A stretch of 64,000 nucleotides of DNA from an uncultured candidate division Zixibacteria bacterium (GTDB lineage Bacteria > Zixibacteria > MSB-5A5 > GN15 > FEB-12), in the NCBI GenBank assembly GCA_963664195.1, contig OY760907.1:3776353-3840352 (forward strand), written 5' to 3'. Shown here one piece after another: positions 10,014-18,732 of this stretch. Position 1 is the first letter of the stretch; each line of letters begins with the position of its first letter. The translations under genes and the position numbers were made by a program. The notes beneath the pieces were generated by a model. The model was given only the letters and a program-made list of their open reading frames with translations. It was not told where the DNA came from and made no database searches.

Positions 10014-10498
10014 CAGATTCTCCTGTCTACCATGACTGTGGATTCCGCATCGCTGGCGGCACCGTCAGAGCCATAGGTCGGTTCAGGGTTGTTGACCCGG
10101 GAGAGCATCGACATGGTCCGGGCGATGAATTCACGAGACTGATTCAGCAACATCGCGTTGGTGTTGCGGGTCTCAGTGATCTTCTCATTCAGATCGAAAA
10201 TCAGGTCTTTCAACTGCAGGAGGCGCTCCGCCTGGTCGTCGTCGACAAAATCGAGGAGTCGGGAAACCGAAAGATCACCTTCAAGAGCATTGGCCTGTTT
10301 GATCTCGTTGATCAATTCGACCCTGCGCTGGTGCAGCCGATGGCTCTCGCCCAGCTTCGTCTGCTGAAGCTCGGTGATTTCGTTGATGCCGTCGACGTCG
10401 TTGGAGACAAGCTTCTGCTTCTGTCGCTCCAACAACTCTAGGAACTCTTCAAACAGAAGAGTCTCCTGGCCGATAAGATGTATTAGTTGGTTAATCAT
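10013..10498 (-). CDS. flgN: Flagellar export chaperone FlgN
   Basis: Helical 161-aa protein directly upstream of flgK; N..LL...PTY and terminal VDRRI typical of FlgN. Confidence 0.85.
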   Translation of the reverse strand: MINQLIHLIGQETLLFEEFLELLERQKQKLVSNDVDGINEITELQQTKLGESHRLHQRRVELINEIKQANALEGDLSVSRLLDFVDDDQAERLLQLKDLIFDLNEKITETRNTNAMLLNQSREFIARTMSMLSRVNNPEPTYGSDGAASDAESTVMVDRRI

Positions 10499-10531
10499 AT
10501 CCTATATCACCAATGACTTCCTATGGGGTTG

Positions 10532-10559
10532 TAGTCGACTGTTTCATTTCGGACCTTTA
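10532..10559 (-). promoter_or_regulatory. Sigma28-type promoter for flgN-flgK operon
   Basis: Minus strand TAAA-N16-GTCGACTA in the 75-bp flgJ-flgN gap. Confidence 0.55.
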
Positions 10560-10573
10560 GGCGGTTCAGCATA

Positions 10574-11491
10574 TTATTTGCCGGACGCCTGCTTAATCAG
10601 GTCCCCTACTCGTTTCACGTATTTCTGCGTCTCTTCAAACGGCGGCACTCCGCCGTACTTGTCTACATTTCCCGGGCCTGCGTTGTATGCGGCAAGGGCC
10701 AGATCCAGACTGCCGAAGCGGTCCAGCATCCTCTTGAGATACCGACTGCCGCCCTTGATATTTTCTTCTGGATTCAGGCTGTCCTTGACATTCACCTCTG
10801 CGGCCGTATCGTCCATGAGCTGCATCAGCCCTTTGGCGCCGGCGGAGGAAACCGCGTCCGGATCACCGTTGGATTCTGCCCGGATCACCGAGGAAATGAG
10901 GGTCGAATCGAGCGCGGTCTCTTCGGCCGCCTCATCTATGAACTTCTGATAGTCCGACAGCAGCGGGTCCTCGTGTTTGACTTTTCGCGGCGCGACCTGG
11001 ATGGGCAGGGCATCCGGTTTTGGCTCGATATGAATAGACTGACCGGACCTTCCGGGAAGATGAACCGGTGCCGTCTGATCGAGCTTCATGCCTTCCTGTC
11101 TGCCGGGATTTGGCAGTGGCTTGAGCGACTGGTCAAGATTTACTTCGCTGTACCTGGCGTCGACCAGCTTCTCCATCGAATCGTAGAGTAGATCGGCGAT
11201 GGAGTTGCTCCCTCCCACGGTGACTTTGCGTGCCACCTCCATATCGAACATTTCAGTGAACGTGTCTTTGCCCATGCCACCGGACATGCCGGCCCCCTTG
11301 GTCAGGGGATTGTCGGGAATCGTCTGACGCATGGTCTTGAGCATCTGGTACAGGAAGAACGACTCGAATTCCCTGGTGACCTTGCGCAGGCGCGCCTTTT
11401 CGGCCTCTACAGATCCATCCGTCGGCTTCTTCAGTTGCTCAATTGCCGTTTGGCTTGACGCCACCCCGGCGCTGTTCACTGCCATAGTCAT
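10574..11491 (-). CDS. flgJ: FlgJ-like protein: rod-binding domain + SLT lytic transglycosylase
   Basis: N-terminal EFESFFLYQMLKTMR rod-binding motif; C-terminal AESNG, AKGLMQLM, LAAYNAGPG SLT motifs; follows flgI. Confidence 0.85.
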   Translation of the reverse strand: MTMAVNSAGVASSQTAIEQLKKPTDGSVEAEKARLRKVTREFESFFLYQMLKTMRQTIPDNPLTKGAGMSGGMGKDTFTEMFDMEVARKVTVGGSNSIADLLYDSMEKLVDARYSEVNLDQSLKPLPNPGRQEGMKLDQTAPVHLPGRSGQSIHIEPKPDALPIQVAPRKVKHEDPLLSDYQKFIDEAAEETALDSTLISSVIRAESNGDPDAVSSAGAKGLMQLMDDTAAEVNVKDSLNPEENIKGGSRYLKRMLDRFGSLDLALAAYNAGPGNVDKYGGVPPFEETQKYVKRVGDLIKQASGK

Positions 11492-12627
11492 TACAATATC
11501 ACGAGTTCGGCCCGCAGTGCGCCGGCCTGTTTGAGGGATTGGAAAATCGCGATGATGTCACGAGGGGTCGCGCCAATCTTGTTCAGAGCGCTGGCAACAT
11601 CGTTGAGCGTGACAGACTGTTTCAAATTGACCACTCTTGCGTTTTCCGGCGTAACTTGCAGATACGATTCCTGGGCAACCACCGTCTCACCGTCGGAGTA
11701 CGGCATCGGCTGTGAGATAATCGGACGCGAGGAGATGTTCACGGTAATCGTGCCGTGAGCTATTGCCACCGGCTCGATGGTAACGTGCTGTCCGGCTACA
11801 ATCGTGCCGGTCTTTTCGTTGATGACAACCTTGGCCGCCGCATCCGGGACCACTTTCAAGTGTCCGATATCCGACAGGAACTTTGACCGCAGGGTCGGAT
11901 ATCTCACGCTGTCCGGGACCACGACTTTGATAGAGCCGCCGTCTATTGGATACGCGACCGTCCCGTACTTGATATTGATTCGCTCAGCGATTCGGTGTGA
12001 GGTCGTCAGATCCGGATCCATCAGGGAGATAAAGAACTCATTGTCAGCTCCGGGTTGATCCTCGACCTCAACCGTTACCTTACCGCCACCGGGGACGCGC
12101 CCCACGAGCGTGTAGTTGTTGACTATCTTGTTGCTCTCATCGACCTGCACGTTGAAACCACCGATTGAAACTGCGCCCTGCGCAATCGCGCGGGTGAATC
12201 CGTCGGCATCCGACAGCGGGGTCATGAGGAGCGTTCCGCCCTGAAGCGAACTGGCGTCACCAATTGAAGACACGGTGACATCGAAATACGAGCCGTTGGT
12301 CTGGTAACTGGAGACTCTCGCCGTGACCATGACCGCGGCAATGTTCTTTACTTTGAGTTTGTTCGCGTCGATCGTGAGACCCATTCGTTCCATCATGTTG
12401 GAGAGCGCGCGGGTCGTGAACTGTGTTCCGCTTCCGTCGCCGGTGCCGTCCAGACCGATCACCAGACCGTATCCGAGCAGGTCACATTCCTGCTTGTTCT
12501 GAAACGTACAGATATCCTTGATACGCACCTTGGCCGCATCGGCAGGCGTGTACAGCAAGGAGACCAGGGCAAAGACGACGATCAGCGCAATTGGCATCAC
12601 TAGACGCTCATGCAGAAGTGCAAACAT
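11491..12627 (-). CDS. flgI: Flagellar P-ring protein
   Basis: RIKDI, GYGLVIGLDGTGD, GDASSLQGGTLLMTPL, AGALRAEL. Confidence 0.97.
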   Translation of the reverse strand: MFALLHERLVMPIALIVVFALVSLLYTPADAAKVRIKDICTFQNKQECDLLGYGLVIGLDGTGDGSGTQFTTRALSNMMERMGLTIDANKLKVKNIAAVMVTARVSSYQTNGSYFDVTVSSIGDASSLQGGTLLMTPLSDADGFTRAIAQGAVSIGGFNVQVDESNKIVNNYTLVGRVPGGGKVTVEVEDQPGADNEFFISLMDPDLTTSHRIAERINIKYGTVAYPIDGGSIKVVVPDSVRYPTLRSKFLSDIGHLKVVPDAAAKVVINEKTGTIVAGQHVTIEPVAIAHGTITVNISSRPIISQPMPYSDGETVVAQESYLQVTPENARVVNLKQSVTLNDVASALNKIGATPRDIIAIFQSLKQAGALRAELVIL

Positions 12628-12636
12628 AGCGTCCTC

Positions 12637-13224
12637 CTAGAATATCCAGCCGAGCAGACGGGTGAAGAACCCCGGTCGCGCAGCGGTTGCGGCATTGCCC
12701 TTGCCAGTGTATGAAATCTCGGCGTCGGCGATCTGAAACGACTGCACGCTGTTGTCCGGGGAGACATCCCGCGAACGAACCACGCCGGAGAGATAGATAG
12801 TCTCCTCGTCGCCGTTGATCCCGATTATGCGAGAGCCTTCGACCACGAGATCACCGTTTTGCCGAACCTCGACAACCGTTACGGAAATCTTGGCCCTGAT
12901 CGATCCGGATCGCAGGTTCTCCCCCTTACCGTCGAAACTGTTGCTGTTATCGGCCTTTCCGCCAAAGAGCGGAATAAAGTCCAGCGAGCCGATCCCGGGA
13001 CCTCCGGCAGTGCTGATCGAGGTGCTTTTCTCTGATTTTGACTCCACCTGATTGGAGGCACTGTTCTGCTCCACAACAAGGACGGTAATAATATCACCGA
13101 TTCCGTGCGCCTTGATGTCGGTGAAGAGAGATTGGTTACGGCCGAAATCCTGACCCTGCAGTTTCAGTGAAAACGGCAGCAGCAGGAGAAAGCCGAGTAG
13201 AATGAGTAGCTTTTTGAAATTCAT
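12637..13224 (-). CDS. flgH: Flagellar L-ring protein
   Basis: SLFTDIKAH.IGDIITVLV, NGDLVVEG, SGVVR..D, IADAEISY.G. Confidence 0.93.
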   Translation of the reverse strand: MNFKKLLILLGFLLLLPFSLKLQGQDFGRNQSLFTDIKAHGIGDIITVLVVEQNSASNQVESKSEKSTSISTAGGPGIGSLDFIPLFGGKADNSNSFDGKGENLRSGSIRAKISVTVVEVRQNGDLVVEGSRIIGINGDEETIYLSGVVRSRDVSPDNSVQSFQIADAEISYTGKGNAATAARPGFFTRLLGWIF

Positions 13225-13248
13225 GATCAATCCTCGAATCCTATTCGT

Positions 13249-13950
13249 TTACGGATCAACTGTGACGGACCTGTCGTCGACTACGCGGGCAGTAATGACC
13301 TTGCCAGAAACAGTGTTCTTCACACGAATCTGCTCGCCGGCCCAGCCGGTCTGCATCACCCGTCCGGGTGCCGTGATCGTGCACAATCCGCCGGCGTCTT
13401 CGTAGACGATTGAAACCTCCGCCCCGACTTCAATGTCAGGGATCGGTTCAAGAGCATCGACGGTAAGGATGCCGCCCTTGCGCATACTTCTCTTGGCCCT
13501 CTGGCCCTCGATCTCCCCCGTGGAGCCAACCGACTGCTCGCGCAGCGAAGTCACTTCCATCCTCTTTTGTTCGAAAAGGCCAGCATGCAATTCTTCGTGA
13601 CGTTTGACACTGCCCTGTGCGACGAAAACATCGGCGAACCGGCGGATGCGAAGTCGCACCTGCCCTTTGTCAATGACTTCTTCGTTGTCGGTGACCGAGA
13701 CGACCAGCGTGAACGGGCCGATGGGGTCCTTCTGCGAAATCGCCTTGAGTGACAGATCGGCGGGGTCCACAACCTTGAGCTTGATCTGGCTCGACGTAAT
13801 CTCGATCTCGTACGACATGGGATCGAGATCGTAAGTGTCGAACACCATCTGCTTGATGGCCTCGTTTGTCTCGACCGCAAAAGCAGACGCAAACGACATT
13901 GCCAGAAAACCGACCAGGGCCATGAGTATTTTAAACAGTGAGGTTTTCAT
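13249..13950 (-). CDS. flgA: P-ring formation chaperone FlgA
   Basis: Signal peptide; C-terminal GEQIRVKNTVSGKVITARV; position between flgG and flgH. Confidence 0.9.
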   Translation of the reverse strand: MKTSLFKILMALVGFLAMSFASAFAVETNEAIKQMVFDTYDLDPMSYEIEITSSQIKLKVVDPADLSLKAISQKDPIGPFTLVVSVTDNEEVIDKGQVRLRIRRFADVFVAQGSVKRHEELHAGLFEQKRMEVTSLREQSVGSTGEIEGQRAKRSMRKGGILTVDALEPIPDIEVGAEVSIVYEDAGGLCTITAPGRVMQTGWAGEQIRVKNTVSGKVITARVVDDRSVTVDP

Positions 13951-13952
13951 AG

Positions 13953-14741
13953 CTATCTCTTGAGATTGTTAGCGATAGAAGCCATATCATCGGCCGTCTG
14001 GATCGCTTTGGAGTTCATCTCGTAAGAGCGCTGTGCAACGATCATGTTCACCATTTCGTCAACCACCTGCACGTTGGACATTTCCAGATATCCCTGGGCA
14101 ATCGTACCGATTCCGTTCTGTGCCGGAACATCGGTTGTCGGATCACCCGAAGCACTCGTCTGCACCATCAGATTCTTGCCGATGGCTGCCAGACCGGCCG
14201 GGTTGACAAATCGCGCCAACTCAAGCTGACCGATATCGGTCGGGGTGTCCTGACCAAACTGCTGCACGGAAACCGTGCCATCGGAGCCAATCGCCACCGA
14301 CATCGCATCCGAGGGGACCGTGATCTCCGGCAGTATGAAGTATCCTTCGGTTGTCACCAACTGACCGTCGGCAGACATCTTCATGGCACCGTCGCGCGTG
14401 TACGCGGTCGTCCCGTCAGGCATCTGCACCTGGAAGAAGCCGTCACCCTCGATAGCCATGTCGAGCGGGTTACCCGTCGGCGAGAGATCACCCGTAGAGT
14501 ACTCACGCACCGTGGCCGAGGGTTTGGTACCGTATCCAATGGAGAGTCCGACTGGCAATTCGCGCCCGGCAGCACTGGTTGTGCCGGCACGACGGAAATT
14601 CTGGTAGAGCACATCCTGGAATTCCAGTTTGCTTTTCTTGAAGCCTGTGGTGTTGGTGTTTGCCAGGTTGTTCGCGATGTTGTCCACATTCATCTGCTGG
14701 GCGGACATCCCGCTTGCTGCTGTGCGCATCGCCTTTATCAT
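13953..14741 (-). CDS. flgG: Distal rod protein FlgG
   Basis: ANNLANTNTTGFKK, FQDVLYQ, LEMSNVQVVDEMVNMIVAQRSYE. Confidence 0.97.
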   Translation of the reverse strand: MIKAMRTAASGMSAQQMNVDNIANNLANTNTTGFKKSKLEFQDVLYQNFRRAGTTSAAGRELPVGLSIGYGTKPSATVREYSTGDLSPTGNPLDMAIEGDGFFQVQMPDGTTAYTRDGAMKMSADGQLVTTEGYFILPEITVPSDAMSVAIGSDGTVSVQQFGQDTPTDIGQLELARFVNPAGLAAIGKNLMVQTSASGDPTTDVPAQNGIGTIAQGYLEMSNVQVVDEMVNMIVAQRSYEMNSKAIQTADDMASIANNLKR

Positions 14742-14776
14742 GGTATAGCTCCTATGCTACTAAATACTTTTCGTCT

Positions 14777-15505
14777 CTAATTGCCCGCCACTCGACGGAA
14801 CAGGTGATCCAGAGTTGCTTCCTGCGTCTGGAGCGCCTTTGCGTTTGCCTCATATTCCCTGTAGGACACGATCATATCGACCATCTCGGCGACGACATCG
14901 ACATTGGAGGACTCTTTGTATCCTTGCTGAATCGTGGCGTTGATAGAGGGAATCACTTCTTCCCCCTGCGGGACCTCAAACAACGACCCGCCAAGTCTCT
15001 GAAGCGTGTCGAGATCGGCCACCGAACGCGGCACGATCGTCCCGACAGCGAGACCGTCGACTTCCACCTCACCGGAGGCTGCGACCTTCAACTCACCGCT
15101 GCCAACCTGGAGCGCACCGCCCTCACCAAGCAGGCGATATCCGCCCGGTAGAGCCAGGAACCCCTCGCTATCGACCACAAACGAGCCGGAGCGCGTCAGT
15201 GCGTTAGAGCCGTCCGGACCCTGCAGCGCAAAGAAACCGTCGCCGTCAATGGCCATATCGAGCGGATTGCCGGTCTTGTCAAACGCGCCTAGGGTGAAAT
15301 CAACTCGGACCCGTGAATCCAGGGTCGATTGCCAGTCGTTGGTTCGGGGTTTGGTCTTCAACTCAGCCTTACTCAGTTCACGGCTGAATTCGACATCCTT
15401 CTTGTATCCGGAAGTACTGGCGTTAGCCAGATTATTGGCGATGGCTTCCTGTTTTTTCATGTTCGGAAGCATCCCGGACACAGATCTGTACATACCTTTA
15501 ATCAT
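14777..15505 (-). CDS. flgF: Proximal rod protein FlgF
   Basis: ANNLANASTSGYKK, TGNPLDMAIDGDGFF; start at 15505 chosen from GGAGG RBS and promoter position. Confidence 0.9.
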   Translation of the reverse strand: MIKGMYRSVSGMLPNMKKQEAIANNLANASTSGYKKDVEFSRELSKAELKTKPRTNDWQSTLDSRVRVDFTLGAFDKTGNPLDMAIDGDGFFALQGPDGSNALTRSGSFVVDSEGFLALPGGYRLLGEGGALQVGSGELKVAASGEVEVDGLAVGTIVPRSVADLDTLQRLGGSLFEVPQGEEVIPSINATIQQGYKESSNVDVVAEMVDMIVSYREYEANAKALQTQEATLDHLFRRVAGN

Positions 15506-15526
15506 ACAATCCTCCATCCTTCCTAT

Positions 15527-15543
15527 AGCAGGAGCCGTGCCAA
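15527..15543 (-). promoter_or_regulatory. Sigma54 -24/-12 promoter of flgF operon
   Basis: Minus strand TTGGCACG-GCTC-CTGCT. Confidence 0.85.
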
Positions 15544-15633
15544 GGTCGCACAGTGACTTGTTATCGTATTATCAATTAACAGCTTACGGGAGTTCTTGCG
15601 CGTGTGGCGCTAGGCGGATGAGAGGTGTTTTGG

Positions 15634-15668
15634 GGAAGGAATTTCTAACCGAAACGGAAAAGTTTTCT
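15634..15668. promoter_or_regulatory. Tandem upstream activator boxes for flgF promoter
   Basis: GGAAG-GAA-TTTCT (15634) and GGAAA-AGT-TTTCT (15656), 22 bp apart; same spacing as at flgB. Confidence 0.7.
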
Positions 15669-15888
15669 AGGAGACGGGTTCGTTTTTGGAGGTACGACGT
15701 TCGAGCCGTTCATGCTTCTGTTTGGTCTGCATAATCAGCCTGTCCATGGCGGCATCAAACCGGGCTTCGCTACAAGGTTCGTCGTTGATGCGCATATACA
15801 GTGGACAATCGACTTTGTATCCGTAGCACTGAAGTTCCCCGGCCAAATAGCACTCTTTGATGTACGTGCAGCGCACAGATTTCTTCAT
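15667..15888 (-). CDS. Small Cys-rich hypothetical protein (73 aa)
   Basis: MKKSVRCTYIKECYLAGELQCYGYKVDCPLY...; RBS AAGAGG and sigma28-like promoter upstream. Confidence 0.65.
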   Translation of the reverse strand: MKKSVRCTYIKECYLAGELQCYGYKVDCPLYMRINDEPCSEARFDAAMDRLIMQTKQKHERLERRTSKNEPVS

Positions 15889-15914
15889 GGACAACCTCTT
15901 TTTCACACTAGAAG

Positions 15915-15942
15915 AGATCGGCAGAAGGCCGCAATTGCTTGA
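15915..15942 (-). promoter_or_regulatory. Sigma28-type promoter
   Basis: Minus strand TCAAG-N15-GCCGATCT. Confidence 0.65.
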
Positions 15943-16217
15943 CTACCAACCGCGCACGCGGCTATCACGGCTTCTTTGAGAAGGCTAACCCGGTGCCTAA
16001 TATGAACTTGATTGCACAACGATGACCGCTTTCACATTTCCGGTAGCCAAAACCGTCGGAAGTCGCTATATTGTTTGCGACACTAACTGTCAGGGATACA
16101 ACCAGTTGACGCCATTACGGTGCCTTGTCGCAAATCTCAACCGGATTTCACCGCAAATCGGTAGAAATGCACGGCATTTGCTCAAAGCCAGTAAACACCT
16201 TTTATGCGGATATGGAT

Positions 16218-17519
16218 ATGATTCGAAACTGCCTTACCCTGCTCATCTGTCTTCTGTTGGCCCTCGCCTGTGCTGGCTCGATCTCGGCCCAGGACATAGG
16301 CGTAGCTGACACTATCGCTGTGGACTCTGCAACGGCCCACATCAACGGCATTGGTATCGTGCCGATACGCCTGACAAATGACAATGTCATAACGGCACTG
16401 GAGATTAGCCTCCGTCAGGCGACGACCCAGATCCAGGTCGATTCGTTCTCCTTTGCCGGCGGACGTCTGGATGTCGCGGGTGCCTTCAACGGCTTCGAGA
16501 CTACGGCCAACAACACGATCATCACGATTTACTCGCTGCTCGGCGCGACTGAGCTTCCTGCCGGAAGCGGCGTAATCGGCAACATCTATTACTCCTATCC
16601 GCAGAATACGCCTCTCCAGGTGATTCCGCTCGACTCGGTAACCTGGAGCGTTGGTGCGTTCACACACTCGACCTGGCTTCGCGGGGCGGACTCGCTGCCC
16701 GACGCTTACGTTCCTCAGTTCAAGCGCGGTTACCTGGATATCCAGGCCGCTCCCGAAACCACGGACTCCGTCTGGGTTGATGAGATCGAAGGCGAGCCGA
16801 GTCAAGCCGTTGCGGTCGGTGTGCACGGATTCAACGAACGAGATCTCTCGAAAATCGCCCTCGCGCTCCAGTACGGCTCCGACCTGCTGCATTTCGACAG
16901 TCTTTCCTGGGTAGGAACGCGCGTCGAGTACGCCTCAAACAAGACTGTACAGCCCAGCGGCACCGCACACACCGTGTACGCCGTCGCTGAAGCAGGACAA
17001 CTGGCGCCCATCTCCCCCGGATCGGGTCTGCTGGCAACGCTGCACTTCACGATTGATGCCGCCTGTCCGGAAACAACTTTTGTGATCGACTCGGTCATGG
17101 TCGGCCTTAACAGCGGCACGGAGTTCACGATCACCACCGCGCTGGGCGGCGGAGCTTTCACTCCGGGATTCACACCGGGGTCTATTGACGTACGGGTTGT
17201 CAGCGATGTCGAGGACATCACGCCTGAAAGCACGCTGCCAACAGATTTCGCGCTGGCACAGAATTACCCGAACCCGTTCAACCCGACTACGAGTATCGAG
17301 TTGAGTCTGCCGACCGCGAGCAAGGTTACGCTGGATGTGTTCAACATAATCGGGCAAAAGGTTCGTACTCTTGTTGACGGCGAGTTGCCCGCTGGTGTGC
17401 ACCGCGTGGAATTCGACAGTCGAGCGAGCAGTGGCAATACGCTTGCGACAGGTGTGTACTTCTACCGTATCAGCACTGACCGGTTTACGCAGACGAAAAA
17501 GATGCTTCTGATGAAATAG
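16218..17519 (+). CDS. Secreted protein with two cohesin-like repeats and C-terminal FlgD-Ig/T9SS-type sorting domain
   Basis: Signal peptide MIRNCLTLLICLLLALACAGSISAQ; two beta-rich repeats (DTIAVDS.../DSVWVDE...); tail LAQNYPNPFNP...GVYFYRI...TKKMLLMK; start 16212 also possible. Confidence 0.85.
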   Translation: MIRNCLTLLICLLLALACAGSISAQDIGVADTIAVDSATAHINGIGIVPIRLTNDNVITALEISLRQATTQIQVDSFSFAGGRLDVAGAFNGFETTANNTIITIYSLLGATELPAGSGVIGNIYYSYPQNTPLQVIPLDSVTWSVGAFTHSTWLRGADSLPDAYVPQFKRGYLDIQAAPETTDSVWVDEIEGEPSQAVAVGVHGFNERDLSKIALALQYGSDLLHFDSLSWVGTRVEYASNKTVQPSGTAHTVYAVAEAGQLAPISPGSGLLATLHFTIDAACPETTFVIDSVMVGLNSGTEFTITTALGGGAFTPGFTPGSIDVRVVSDVEDITPESTLPTDFALAQNYPNPFNPTTSIELSLPTASKVTLDVFNIIGQKVRTLVDGELPAGVHRVEFDSRASSGNTLATGVYFYRISTDRFTQTKKMLLMK

Positions 17520-17549
17520 CGCGCGACAGTACAGGGTGTGCGCAGTAAG

Positions 17550-17586
17550 AACCGCCCGGGTCTCGATACCCGGGCGGTTTGTTTTG
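17550..17586 (+). terminator. Rho-independent terminator
   Basis: AACCGCCCGGGT-ctcgat-ACCCGGGCGGTT followed by T-rich tract. Confidence 0.8.
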
Positions 17587-17664
17587 TGTGTTTTGCTGAA
17601 GAAGTATCCCATCTCCTGTGCCGCATCCGCTTGTGGTGGGATTGGCATCTGCGCCTGTGCCTCG

Positions 17665-17732
17665 GGGTGGCCCCTTCAAACTCGTTTGGAGGGGTATTAC
17701 ATCCGGGCCAAACAAGTGTGACCCGGCCACCC
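17665..17732. repeat. Inverted pair of GGGTGG-headed REP-like palindromes
   Basis: GGGTGGccccttcaaactcgtttggagggg and, on minus, GGGTGGccgggtcacacttgtttggcccgg; related copies at 43605, 43671, 52438. Confidence 0.7.
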
Positions 17733-17822
17733 GACGCCTTGGTTTCGATACCCGGGCGGTTTTGTTTTGTGGGGGGAGGAGGGAACTCGTTAGAACCAAC
17801 CCACCCGACGAAACCTGACTTC

Positions 17823-18602
17823 CTACACTTCTCCCCTCAACATCTCGAAAAACGCCTCGCGGGCGTGCTTCTCGATCCACGGATAGTGCCCGCATTTCGG
17901 CAGCACGTGACAACTGACGTCGTCGATACAGGTTTCGAGAAACGGACGGATGCCATCGATCGGATGCGGGTCATACTCACCGTGGATGATGACCGTCGGA
18001 CAGGTTATCTTCGAGAACTCCGTTTTCAAACGGTCCTTCCCGTCACGCATTGCTACAAAGTCCGACCAGACTTTCGTGTGCACGTCGAACTGGACTTCCT
18101 CGACCTCAAGCTCACGTGTGATCGGGTCGTACATATCAACGTCGGAAAGCAGAGTTCCCCATTCCGCCAGGAGTGCGTCCCGCTGGTCGTCGGGCGCATC
18201 GTCGAGCTGCTGGAGTATTTCGTCGTGCCGTTTGCGATTGTCTTCGGTCAGTCTGGCCAGTCGAGCCGGACCGATTTGCGCCGATGACTCAGCATCGAAA
18301 ACCGCACTGCCGACAAGGATGATCTTCCGCGTAAGTTTCGGATGCCGCGCCGCGAAAAACAACGCCAGCACCGCTCCCCAGGATGAGCCGATCAGCGTGA
18401 TCGGCGTCTCGCCGTGCTCTCGCACCTGTCCGCGCAATTCCTCTACCTGGCCGTCGATAGAATCCTCTGATTGAAACGGTTCCAGCACGCCGACGGTCTC
18501 CCCCATATCCCTGCCCACGGGTGCCATTGATCCGGGTGCCCCGGGGCCACCGTGAAGCACTGCAACTCGAAACGGTTCCTCTCCGTATTTCCGAACGGTC
18601 AT
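17823..18602 (-). CDS. Alpha/beta hydrolase (proline iminopeptidase-like)
   Basis: LHGGPG, GSSWG nucleophile elbow, HGEYD, CGHYPW; start at 18602 with AAGGA RBS. Confidence 0.9.
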   Translation of the reverse strand: MTVRKYGEEPFRVAVLHGGPGAPGSMAPVGRDMGETVGVLEPFQSEDSIDGQVEELRGQVREHGETPITLIGSSWGAVLALFFAARHPKLTRKIILVGSAVFDAESSAQIGPARLARLTEDNRKRHDEILQQLDDAPDDQRDALLAEWGTLLSDVDMYDPITRELEVEEVQFDVHTKVWSDFVAMRDGKDRLKTEFSKITCPTVIIHGEYDPHPIDGIRPFLETCIDDVSCHVLPKCGHYPWIEKHAREAFFEMLRGEV

Positions 18603-18732
18603 ATCGAAAGTCCTTTTGTGTAGCAATCGTTGTTCGAAAGAATGGATAGCAGTCCGTGCAAACAAGCGTTTTACTCGTTTGCCTACCGCGGGCGACAGGA
18701 TCGGCCCTTGTCCGGGTTAATTGCTGCCCGGA

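Noticed and set aside
16166..16182. Sigma54-like site AATGCACG-GCAT-TTGCT before the cohesin-like gene
   Set aside because: Lacks the invariant GG at -24 and the enhancer/IHF arrangement seen at flgB and flgF
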